Part shown: positions 39,060-48,073 of the stretch, one piece after another
Layout of the letters: each line of letters starts with the position of its first letter
Position numbering within the stretch: the first letter of the stretch is position 1
Assembly: GCA_963740355.1 (NCBI GenBank)
Contig: CAVUDW010000003.1
Coordinates: 2,144,001-2,208,000 of the forward strand
Length of the DNA: 64,000 nt
DNA from: an uncultured Gemmatimonadaceae bacterium
GTDB taxonomy: Bacteria > Gemmatimonadota > Gemmatimonadetes > Gemmatimonadales > Gemmatimonadaceae
Reading direction: 5' to 3'
The notes under the pieces: model-generated
Seen by the model: only the letters and a program-made list of their open reading frames with translations
What the model was told of the DNA's origin: nothing
The model's database searches: none
Translations under genes and position numbers: made by a program

Positions 39060-39352
39060 CCTCGCCGCTGACGCTCCGTGTCCGTCGCCCGCTGGTCTAC
39101 ACTTCCTCACGCGGAGGCGCGGGGAACGCGGAGCCGCGGGGAACAGCGGAGAACTGCATGGGGACTGCATGGGATCACTGTTCCGGGGCTAGTGCTGTTC
39201 CCCTGCTGTTGCTGTTCCCTTGCTGTTGCTGTTCCCTTGCTGTTGCTGTTCCCTTGCTGTTGCTGTTCCTCCGCGGCTCCGCGTCCCCCGCGGCTCCGCG
39301 TGAGGGAGTGTGGACGGACAGGCGACGGAAACCGAACGCCAGCGGCACGGAG
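39058..39352. repeat. Long-inverted-repeat element copy 1 (MITE/REPIN-like)
   Basis: Arms 39058-39147 and 39262-39352 are ~90-bp imperfect inverted repeats; homologous to 53480-53810. Confidence 0.85.
39193..39269. repeat. 17-bp tandem repeat, 4.5 copies (TGCTGTTCCCTTGCTGT)
   Basis: Direct reading: units start at 39193, 39210, 39227, 39244 and 39261 (partial). Confidence 0.95.
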
Positions 39353-39383
39353 TGCTGGCTGTCCCGATACAACAGCACGCCAA

Positions 39384-41027
39384 CTACCGCCGCTCGAGAC
39401 GCCCGTCGAAGAGTAGGCGAACATTCGGATCGAGATCGACGGCGGTCGGTGCGACGTCGGCAGGAAACGTGAAGTGACCGGTGCGCGCGGCGAGGTCGGC
39501 GCGCACCACACGAGTGGGCGCGCCGGCGAACGTGAGCCCGAACTCGATCGGCACCGCGAACGGGTCGCCCGGCTGTGTCTGTGTCAGGTCGACGACGACC
39601 TGTCTGGCCTTTGCATCCCAGCGCCATGTACCCGCCAGCTTCGGGATGCCGCCGCGATACAGCCACTGCTGGAAAAATGCGCCGAGGTCGTGCCCTGCAG
39701 CACGCTCCATCACCTCGCGGAATTCGGCCGTTGTCGTGATCCGATCGCGATAGCGCGCGTAGTACTTGCGGATCCCGGTCCAGAACTGATCGTCGCCCAT
39801 CTCGGCGCGGAGCATGTGCAGCGTCCAGCTGCCCTTCTGGTAGGTCATGGCCGTGGTGACGTCGGCCATGTTCACGAGGTTCTCGTGCACCACCCGATAG
39901 TTCGGATGTGTGGAGTCGAAGGCGATCACCGTCTTGCGCGATGCGCGCAGACCGTCGGCAAACTCGTCGCGGCCGTAGGCGTGTTCGATGAAGAGCAGCG
40001 TGAAATAGGTCGCAAAGCCTTCGCTCAGCCAGACCTCGTTCCAGTCACTCTCGGTGACGGCATCACCGAACCACTGATGAGCGATTTCGTGAATGACGAC
40101 ATTGCGCCACCGAACCGGGCGCGTGCCGGCCACGCTGCCCGCGCTGTAGAAGATCGCTGACGCCGCCTCCATCCCGCCGCTGACGGAATTCGACTGCACA
40201 TTGGCCAGCTTCTCGTAGGAGAACGGGCCAATCCACTCGCTGTAGAACGCCAGTGCGTCTTTCGTCGGCACAGCAAAATCGTGAAATCCGGCCTCGCGTT
40301 GCTGACTGAACACCCACGTCTCGATCGGAACGCCGTTGTAGTCACCCACCCGTTGCACGGCGAAATGCGCCACGCCCAGCGCGTACAGCCAGGGCGCAAT
40401 CGGCACCGATTCGCGCCAGACGGTGCGTCGCATGCCGCGGGTATCATCAGTCTGCTCGACCCGCACGCCGTTCGAAATCACCTGATAGTGCGCCGGTGCC
40501 GTGACGTCCATCTCCATCGTTGCCTTGTCGGCGATGTGATCGATCATCGGCAGCCAGTGGTGCCCCTTGTCCGGCCAGTTGTCGGAGAAGAAGGCCCGAT
40601 CCCCGTGCGGGTTGGGCTTGATCTGCAAGCCGTCGGCGGGGATCCCGGCGTAGCGTACCACCAGTTCGAGGATCGCGCCGCTGGCCACCGCGCCGTCCAA
40701 CGTGATCAGCAGTCGGTCGGCGGCGTGCTGAAATGCGAGTGTGCGGCCTGCCCGCGCAACGCCCAGCACTCGCATCCCTCGGCCCTGCCGCTCGGACGTG
40801 ATGCCCGCCAGATCGAGGGCGACCTGCGTCACCCCGCCCTGCAACAGGCGCAGCCGAATGGTGGCCTGACCATCGATGCGATCGGTGCTGTCGGCCAGCG
40901 TGATCGCGAAGTGGTAGTGCTCCACGTCGATCGGCTGGCGCGGATACGGATCGGCGCGCAGGACCGCTGCGCTGCTGGCAATGAGCGCAACGGCTGCGAG
41001 TGTCGACGTGATTCGGAGAGTGCGCAT
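39384..41027 (-). CDS. M1 family aminopeptidase, secreted
   Basis: GGMEA; HEIAHQWFGD...WLSEGFATY; YQKG. Confidence 0.93.
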   Translation of the reverse strand: MRTLRITSTLAAVALIASSAAVLRADPYPRQPIDVEHYHFAITLADSTDRIDGQATIRLRLLQGGVTQVALDLAGITSERQGRGMRVLGVARAGRTLAFQHAADRLLITLDGAVASGAILELVVRYAGIPADGLQIKPNPHGDRAFFSDNWPDKGHHWLPMIDHIADKATMEMDVTAPAHYQVISNGVRVEQTDDTRGMRRTVWRESVPIAPWLYALGVAHFAVQRVGDYNGVPIETWVFSQQREAGFHDFAVPTKDALAFYSEWIGPFSYEKLANVQSNSVSGGMEAASAIFYSAGSVAGTRPVRWRNVVIHEIAHQWFGDAVTESDWNEVWLSEGFATYFTLLFIEHAYGRDEFADGLRASRKTVIAFDSTHPNYRVVHENLVNMADVTTAMTYQKGSWTLHMLRAEMGDDQFWTGIRKYYARYRDRITTTAEFREVMERAAGHDLGAFFQQWLYRGGIPKLAGTWRWDAKARQVVVDLTQTQPGDPFAVPIEFGLTFAGAPTRVVRADLAARTGHFTFPADVAPTAVDLDPNVRLLFDGRLERR

Positions 41028-41031
41028 GTCG

Positions 41032-41938
41032 TCAAGGCACCTCATGCCCGCTCCCAGCCATCCAGATCTCGGCCCAATCCTGCACGTCGAGGCTCACCTC
41101 GAGCGCCTGCACGGCCTCACGCATCGCCTCGATCCGTCGCGACCCGGCCACGGGAATTGGCCGACTGGGATGCCGAAGAAGCCAGGCGAAGGCGATCGTG
41201 GCCGCGCTGACGCCATGCCGCCTCCCCACCGCCTCGAGCGCGTCGCGCACACGCGCTGGCCGCAGGATCTGTGGCCGTGAACAGTCGCCCACCAGCCAGC
41301 GGTGACCAGATCATGGGCTGGATGCGGCGCTGCTGACACTGGTCCAGCGTTCCATCGTGCAGCGGTGCGAGATGCAGTGGGTGCAGCTCGACCTGGTTCG
41401 TGACCAACGGGAATCGACTCTGCAGCAACTCGAACTGCGCCGGCGAAAAGTTGGACACGCCGAAGTGCTGCACCTTGCCCATCAGTTGCAGGTGCGTGAA
41501 CGCCTCAGCCACCGCATCCGCGTCCATCAGCGCATCCGGCCGATGGATCAACAACAGCTCGAGACGGTCCGTGCCGAGGACGCGCAACGAATTCTCGGCA
41601 CTGCTGATGATGTGCGATGCCGAAGTGTTGTAGTGCTTGACCCGATGCTGTGGCCGACTCGGTACCGTCAGGCAGATGCCGCACTTGCTGACCAGCTGCA
41701 TCTTTTCGCGCAGCGACGGGGCCAATGCCAGTGCCTCGCCGAACAGTTGCTCGACCGTATAGCCACCATAGATGTCGGCGTGATCGAAGGTCGTCACACC
41801 CATCTCGAGACACTGCTCGATCCAGCGCAGCCGCTCCTGCGGCGTCCAGTTCCAGTCGCCCATGCGCCACGCGCCGGCCACGATACGCGACATGGCCGGC
41901 GCTTCCGAGGACTGCGTGCTGCGAATCATCTGATGCAT
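41032..41938 (-). pseudogene. Aldo/keto reductase (YdhF-like) split by a +1 frameshift at ~41257
   Basis: TFDHADIYGGY, SKCGI, LLIHRPD, GVSNF, WSPLAGGRLF; C-terminus (RVRDALEAV...AWLLRHPS...GHEVP) is in the next frame. Confidence 0.85.
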
Positions 41939-41966
41939 GGCAGAACCTGTGCAGTAAGAGGACGAA

Positions 41967-42899
41967 CTACTTGACGAGGCTGATCGCGACTGGCTGTTCC
42001 GCAGGCACCGACTCGCCCTTGATCAACCGCATCGCCGTGATGACCGCCATGCGTCCCATCTCGCGCGGGTTCTGGGCGATCGTCGCTGCCATGCGCTTCT
42101 CGCTGATCGCCTTGCGCGCATCATCCTGCGCATCGAAGCCGACGACGCTGATCGTGCTGCCCTTGCCAGCCGCCGCAATCGCTTCGAGTGCCCCCAGCGC
42201 CATGACATCGTTACAGGCAAACAGCGCCGTGATGTCAGGGTGTGCCTGCAGGATGTTCTGCGTGACGTTGAAGGCCTGGTCACGTTCCATGTTCGCCGGC
42301 TGCGACGCCACGATCTGCATGCCAGGTGCGCCCGCCAGCGCCTTCCGGAAACCACGCAGGCGCGCATCGGCCGTCTCATGACCCGGCACACCTTCGAGCA
42401 CCGCCACCTTGGCCGTGCCGCCAAGGCGCTCCACGAGGTACGCGCCAGCCATGCGACCACCGTCTTCGTTGTCCGAACCGATGAAGGTCGCAATCACTCC
42501 GCCATCGGCCTTCAACGTGGCCGCGTCGACACGGGTGTCGACCGTCACCACCGGGATCTTCGCAGCATTCGCCTTCACCACCGCTGGCACGATCTCCTTC
42601 GAGCCATTCGGCACCAGCAGCAACACCTTCACATTGCGCTGGATCAGGTTCTCCACGATCTGCATCTGGCGCTCGACGTCGATCTCCCGTTCCGGTGCCT
42701 GGACGATCAGCTCGATGCCGAGGCTGTCCGCGGCCGCCTTCGCGCCCGCCTCCATGTCGATGAAGAACTGGTTGTTGAGCGTCTTCACGACCAAAGCCAC
42801 GGTCGGCCTGGCTGTTGCCTCGGCCCCGCGATTGCAGGCGGTGAGCAGTAGCGCCGCTGTCAGGACGGCAAGGCGACGAACGGAAAGTGCAACACGCAT
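41967..42899 (-). CDS. Sugar ABC transporter substrate-binding lipoprotein (RbsB-like)
   Basis: LLTAC lipobox; KTLNNQFF; IGSDN; CNDVMALGA; VGFDA. Confidence 0.9.
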   Translation of the reverse strand: MRVALSVRRLAVLTAALLLTACNRGAEATARPTVALVVKTLNNQFFIDMEAGAKAAADSLGIELIVQAPEREIDVERQMQIVENLIQRNVKVLLLVPNGSKEIVPAVVKANAAKIPVVTVDTRVDAATLKADGGVIATFIGSDNEDGGRMAGAYLVERLGGTAKVAVLEGVPGHETADARLRGFRKALAGAPGMQIVASQPANMERDQAFNVTQNILQAHPDITALFACNDVMALGALEAIAAAGKGSTISVVGFDAQDDARKAISEKRMAATIAQNPREMGRMAVITAMRLIKGESVPAEQPVAISLVK

Positions 42900-42904
42900 G
42901 CGGG

Positions 42905-43882
42905 CTATCGGCTGGAACGTTGGGCGGAGCGCTGCACCCGTCGGCGGAGTGCCATGTCGATGAGGACGGCGACGATGATGACCACACCGATCGCCACCTG
43001 CTGAAGATATGACGAGACACCGAGCAGGTTGAGGCCATTGCGCAGGACACTCATGATCAGCGCCCCGATCAGGGTGCCGATCACCGAGCCCGAGCCGCCA
43101 AGCAGGCTGGTGCCACCGATCACGACTGCCGCAATCGCGTCCAGTTCATATCCAATGCCCGCGATCGGCTGCGCCGAGTTCAGGCGCGCCACCAGCAGCA
43201 TCGCGCACACACCGGCCGAGAGCCCGCTGATGGCATAGACGATCATCTTCCAGAGCCGCACATCGATACCCGCCAGTGCGGTCGCTTCCTCGTTGCCGCC
43301 AATGGCATACATGTAGCGGCCGAACACCGTTCGGGTGAGCACGACGTAAGCGACGAAGTAGAGAACCAGCATCAGCACCACTGGCCCTGGCACCCCCAGC
43401 ACCCGCTCGGTCGCCAGGACACGCAGGCCGTCCGGGAAGCCGGAAATCGGTCGCCCGTCGGACAACATCAACGCGGCACCACGCGCCACGCTCATCATGC
43501 CAAGGGTCGCGATGAAGGGCGGTAGCGGCCCGCGCGTGATCATCAGCCCATTGAGCGTGCCCGCCACGACTCCCGCCAGCAACCCAAGGCCCACTGCCAC
43601 AAACACTGGCAATCCATGCTGCAGCGCCGAGCCGATCACCACGCCTACCAGTGCCACCAGCGAGCCGACCGACAGGTCGATGCCGCCGGTGAGGATCACG
43701 AATGTCATGCCGATCGCAATCACACCGACGATGGCGCTCTGCTCGGCCACGTTGGTGAGATTGGCGGCTGTGGCGAAGAACGGCGTCGCGATCCAGAGTC
43801 CGAGGCAGAGCACGAAGAGCCCGAGTGCGGTGCCCGCTTCGCGGCCAGCAACGATCCGACGCAAGGTGGCACGCGAAATCAT
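42905..43882 (-). CDS. Sugar ABC transporter permease (RbsC-like)
   Basis: [41 protein letters not shown]. Confidence 0.92.
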   Translation of the reverse strand: MISRATLRRIVAGREAGTALGLFVLCLGLWIATPFFATAANLTNVAEQSAIVGVIAIGMTFVILTGGIDLSVGSLVALVGVVIGSALQHGLPVFVAVGLGLLAGVVAGTLNGLMITRGPLPPFIATLGMMSVARGAALMLSDGRPISGFPDGLRVLATERVLGVPGPVVLMLVLYFVAYVVLTRTVFGRYMYAIGGNEEATALAGIDVRLWKMIVYAISGLSAGVCAMLLVARLNSAQPIAGIGYELDAIAAVVIGGTSLLGGSGSVIGTLIGALIMSVLRNGLNLLGVSSYLQQVAIGVVIIVAVLIDMALRRRVQRSAQRSSR

Positions 43883-43886
43883 GCGG

Positions 43887-45392
43887 TCATACGCCCACCG
43901 CGCAGGCCATCACACGTTCCGCCGTGGCCTCGTCACGCGTGAACTCTCCGGCAATGCGTCCCTCTCGCATCACCAGCACCCGATCCGAGAGGCCGAGGAC
44001 TTCCGGCAAGTCGGATGACAAGAGGATGATCGCGACGCCTGCTGCGGCCAGTTCGTTGATCAACGCGTAGATCTCCTGCTTCGAGCCGACGTCGATGCCG
44101 CGTGTCGGTTCGTCGAGAAAGAGGATGCGGGCGCCGGTCGCCAGCCATTTCGCAAGCACGATCTTCTGCTGGTTGCCACCGCTCAGGTTTTGCGCCAGCT
44201 GTCGGACCGACGGCGTGCGAATCCGCAGGTCACGCACCGCCGCCTCGGCCGTCGCGTGCTCGCGTGCACTGCGGACGACACCGAGTCGCGCCAGCCGCGA
44301 GAGGATCGGCAGCGCCACGTTGTCGCGCACCGAGCGGCTGAGGACCAGCCCTTCGCGCTTCCGGTCTTCCGTCACGAAGCCGATACCGGCCGCAATCGCG
44401 TCGCGCGGTGAGCGAATCTCGATCGCCGTGTCATCGACGTAGATCGTACCGCTGTCGAATGGTTCGAGTCCGAAGACGGCCCGCGCGATTTCCGTTCGGC
44501 CGGCACCAAGCAGACCCGCAAAGCCCACGATCTCACCGGATCGCACGCTGAAACTCACGTCGTGCAGCGTGTGCCCATGCGACAGTCGCTCGATGCGCAG
44601 CCGCGACGCGCCAGTGGTGCGCGGAGTCTGCGCCACCATCTCGTCGACGTCGCGATTGGCCATCAGCCGAACCAACTCGCGCCGATCAGCACTCCGGACA
44701 TCTCGCGTCGCCACATTCCGGCCGTCGCGCAGCACCGTGATGCGATGCCCGATCGCAAAGATCTCGTCGAGGCGATGCGAGATGTAGACGATGGCCGTCC
44801 CGCGCGCGGTCAGCCCACTGATGGTCGCAAACAGTCGCTCGGACTCGAGCTCGGTGAGCGCCGATGTCGGCTCATCCATGATCAGGATGCGCGCATCGAG
44901 CGACAACGCGCGCGCGATCTCGACCAGCTGCTGCTGTGCGATGCTGAGCGTGTGCACCAACTCGTTGGGATCGATGTTGGCACCGAGCCGCGACAGGTAC
45001 ACGGCCGTCTCCGCCACCATCCTCGGCTGGTCGAGCAACCCGAACCGCGTCGGCGCCCGCCCCAGGAACACATTTTCGGCCACGGTCATCTCGGGCACGA
45101 GTGCGAGTTCCTGGTGAATGATGGCGATCCCGGCATCACGCGCCGCGCGCGGCGTGGTCAGCGCGATGGTCTCGCCATGAATGGCAACCGTGCCGGCGTC
45201 AGCAACGTACGCCCCGCTGAGAATCTTCATCAGCGTCGACTTCCCTGCCCCATTCTCGCCGAGCAGCACATGCACTTCGCCCGGCCATACCTCGAGCTCG
45301 ACTCCCGCCAACGCCTGAACCCCGGGAAACGCCTTCCGTATGCCACGCATCGACAGCGCGGGCACCTCAGTCGGTTTGCGGTCCGGAATCAT
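43887..45392 (-). CDS. Sugar ABC transporter tandem ATPase (RbsA-like)
   Basis: [32 protein letters not shown]. Confidence 0.93.
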   Translation of the reverse strand: MIPDRKPTEVPALSMRGIRKAFPGVQALAGVELEVWPGEVHVLLGENGAGKSTLMKILSGAYVADAGTVAIHGETIALTTPRAARDAGIAIIHQELALVPEMTVAENVFLGRAPTRFGLLDQPRMVAETAVYLSRLGANIDPNELVHTLSIAQQQLVEIARALSLDARILIMDEPTSALTELESERLFATISGLTARGTAIVYISHRLDEIFAIGHRITVLRDGRNVATRDVRSADRRELVRLMANRDVDEMVAQTPRTTGASRLRIERLSHGHTLHDVSFSVRSGEIVGFAGLLGAGRTEIARAVFGLEPFDSGTIYVDDTAIEIRSPRDAIAAGIGFVTEDRKREGLVLSRSVRDNVALPILSRLARLGVVRSAREHATAEAAVRDLRIRTPSVRQLAQNLSGGNQQKIVLAKWLATGARILFLDEPTRGIDVGSKQEIYALINELAAAGVAIILLSSDLPEVLGLSDRVLVMREGRIAGEFTRDEATAERVMACAVGV

Positions 45393-45470
45393 CCCCGAAA
45401 TTACACCGCGGTCACCCCGAGCGGCGGGAGTCCGGATCGGTGATTTGCCGGTGCCCGGGTTCAGCTGCGT

Positions 45471-46385
45471 TCAGCGCTTCGCATCCTGCCGACGGATGAG
45501 CAAGGCGCCAGCGATACAGGTCAGCGCGCCAAGGATGGAGATCGCGGCAATGCGCTCGTGGAGCACGAGCATGCCAAGCAGCAGAGCGACCGGCGAGGTG
45601 ATGAAGATCGCCGCTGATGCACGGGTGGCGCCGAGCTTGCCCGACGCGACAGTGCTCAGCACGTATGCGATGCCGGTACCCAGCGAGCCCAGTGCCAACA
45701 GCGACAACACCGGACCAATCGTCCAGTGGCCGTGAATCGCCGCTGGCAGGCCGAGTGGTGCAGTGATGATCGCCGCCAGGCCGAGCGCACGAACCAGCAC
45801 CGGCAGCGCACCGTACTCGATCTGCAGCGGTCGCGCGATGTTGATCGCAATGCCGTACAACGTGATGGCAATCAGCACCAGCAGCACGCCGTCCATGCTC
45901 GCGCCGCCCGCGCCGAGATTCGGCAGCGCAACCATCAACACACCGGTGAGACCCACCGCCAGGCCAATCACCGTCGCTCGCGACGGCAGACGGCGGGCGA
46001 TGATGGCAGCCACGATCGCGGCGAAGAGGGGCACCGCACCATTGAGCATGCCGGCAACCGCCGTCGACACGCGCTGCTCCGCGAAGGGGAAGAGCGTGAG
46101 CGGTATCGCCATCCAGAACACGCTCAGCAGCGCGATCCGCGGCCACGCGGCGCGGGCAATCGGCCGGCGCGCCGCGGGGAACAGCGCGAGGGTGAGGAAA
46201 CCGGCGAGGATGCGCGTGAACGCCACCCCATGCGGTCCGACCGCCCGAAGCCCGTCGGCGATGAAGAGGAAACTGGCGCCCCAGATCACGCCAGGCGCGA
46301 CGATCAGGCCAAGGTCGCCCGCCGCGGCGGCGCGTAAGCCTTCAGGGCGTGACGGAGTGACGGGTTCGGTGGCAGCGGGTGTCAT
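45471..46385 (-). CDS. DMT/EamA family transporter
   Basis: IWGASFLFI; ~10 TM segments in two repeats. Confidence 0.88.
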   Translation of the reverse strand: MTPAATEPVTPSRPEGLRAAAAGDLGLIVAPGVIWGASFLFIADGLRAVGPHGVAFTRILAGFLTLALFPAARRPIARAAWPRIALLSVFWMAIPLTLFPFAEQRVSTAVAGMLNGAVPLFAAIVAAIIARRLPSRATVIGLAVGLTGVLMVALPNLGAGGASMDGVLLVLIAITLYGIAINIARPLQIEYGALPVLVRALGLAAIITAPLGLPAAIHGHWTIGPVLSLLALGSLGTGIAYVLSTVASGKLGATRASAAIFITSPVALLLGMLVLHERIAAISILGALTCIAGALLIRRQDAKR

Positions 46386-46410
46386 GCACCCAATCTACCG
46401 CGGCCTGACT

Positions 46411-46623
46411 TCACGACTTCGGTAGCGCAGCCCGATAGCGGCGGTGCCAGACGATGCCGGCGACGAGCGTGCCGACGAATGTGACCAGCAGGATGCTCAA
46501 CACCGCGATCGTCGCGGTATTCGGATGGCCGCGGGTCAGCTGCATCGTCTCGAGGACGAAGCCGCCACAGATGATGGCGACGCCGAAAGCCGTCTGCGAC
46601 TTGTTCTTGTAGTCGGGGGTCAT
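46411..46623 (-). CDS. Small two-TM membrane protein
   Basis: 70 aa, two hydrophobic helices, GGAG RBS. Confidence 0.6.
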   Translation of the reverse strand: MTPDYKNKSQTAFGVAIICGGFVLETMQLTRGHPNTATIAVLSILLVTFVGTLVAGIVWHRRYRAALPKS

Positions 46624-46715
46624 GCCAGCTCCGGGAAGGATCCGTCGAAGGTGCTACGATCGTCGGGCAAGCGCCGGTTTCAAGCCCTGCTGTACGATAG
46701 CCGATGCCCCAATGC

Positions 46716-47960
46716 TCAGGCCAGCTCTTGCCGCAACGCGGTGATCAGCGCCTCGACATCGCGCTCCGTGTTGAACAAGTGCGTCGAAATCCGGTGCCCA
46801 TTGAACCACTGCCCAGGCACGACCTTCACCACGACCTTGTGCTTCGTCAACAGTCGCTCGTACAGCTCATGACTCTTGATTGACGCAGGAAGCACGTACG
46901 AGACCAGCGGTGACGCCATCACACCGCTCGCCGGGCTCACGACGCGCAATTTCGGCAGCGTGTGCAGCCCCGCCATCAGCTGTGCGCGGAGCGCGAGGTT
47001 GTGCGACTCGACGGTGGCGATGCCGATGGTGTTGATGTAGTCGATCGCGGCACCGAGGCCAAACACACTCGGCAGGCTGCAGACGCCGGATGATGCCGTG
47101 TACGCCTGGCGCCCGCTCTGGAGCGCGATCGGATCCACAGCAGGGCCCAGATTCTGACTGAGGTAGAGCAGCCCGGTGCCCTTCGGTGCCAGCAGCCACT
47201 TGTGACCACTGGTGGCATAGACGTGACAGCCGAGTGCCTTCACGTTGACGGCGATGCCGCCAACCGCCTGTGCGCCATCGACCACCGCGATGCACCCCCG
47301 CGAACGCGCCAGCGCGGAGAGCTCCGCCACCGGCATGCGCAGGCCAGTCGAGGAGTTGAGATGCGAGAACGAGAGCACCCGCGTGCGAGGCGTGATACGT
47401 TCGGCAAATCGCGCCACGATCGCGGTAGGATCGTGATCGTCCGGCGCAATCGGCAGGATGTCGAGCACCACGCCCTTCTTCCGAACGATGTAGTCCCAGC
47501 CGACGCGTCCGCCCGGATGCTCCTGATCGGTGGTCAGGACGTGATCCCCGGCGGCGAACATGAGCCCATCGGCGACCCAGTTCATTCCCTCGGTCGTGCA
47601 ATTGGTGAGCACCAGTTCGTCGGTGGCACAGCCAAGCATCGTGGCCGCCTTGGTGCGCACGTCTTCCAGCGCCCGTTCGTGTGCGCCATAGCCGTACACC
47701 ACCGGGTTCCGCTCCAACTCTCTCCAGGCGGCCATGGTCGCATCGATCACTGGCTTCGGCGACGGCCCGAGAGATCCGGTCTGCAGGTACGTCAGTCCCT
47801 CGTCGAGCAGGAAGTCACGGGCGTCGGGTGCTACGCCACGCTTCAGCGGCGCGGCGACCGCCCGCAAATCTCGGCTGGTCAATCGCCCTGCCACCAGCGC
47901 GGCCCCGATGCTCGAGACGAAGGTGCGGCGTGAGGCGTGGTCGTCGAAGGAGTTTTCCAT
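46716..47960 (-). CDS. Class V PLP enzyme (isopenicillin N epimerase/cysteine desulfurase-like) with Tat-like leader
   Basis: SRRTFV; GSLGPSP; TTEGMN; VDGAQA; SGHKWL. Confidence 0.88.
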   Translation of the reverse strand: MENSFDDHASRRTFVSSIGAALVAGRLTSRDLRAVAAPLKRGVAPDARDFLLDEGLTYLQTGSLGPSPKPVIDATMAAWRELERNPVVYGYGAHERALEDVRTKAATMLGCATDELVLTNCTTEGMNWVADGLMFAAGDHVLTTDQEHPGGRVGWDYIVRKKGVVLDILPIAPDDHDPTAIVARFAERITPRTRVLSFSHLNSSTGLRMPVAELSALARSRGCIAVVDGAQAVGGIAVNVKALGCHVYATSGHKWLLAPKGTGLLYLSQNLGPAVDPIALQSGRQAYTASSGVCSLPSVFGLGAAIDYINTIGIATVESHNLALRAQLMAGLHTLPKLRVVSPASGVMASPLVSYVLPASIKSHELYERLLTKHKVVVKVVPGQWFNGHRISTHLFNTERDVEALITALRQELA

Positions 47961-48073
47961 GCGCCAGAGCGTAACGGCGCGTCGGCGCGCGCACCACTAC
48001 GAACCGACGAACCGTCCACTAGACTGGAGTTGTGCCCCGTCGTGCTTGACTCGACTGCCCACCCGCCCAGAAC

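Noticed and set aside
39193..39269. Possible CRISPR array
   Set aside because: Head-to-tail 17-mers with no spacers; no cas genes in the window.
39055..39355. TGC target-site duplication flanking element copy 1
   Set aside because: Only 3 bp, part of the octamer array, and not mirrored at copy 2; likely chance.
39078..39416. Cys/Leu- or Gln-rich ORFs across the repeat (and ORFs at 53429-54089)
   Set aside because: Low-complexity translations of the repeat element in all frames; no credible RBS or family.
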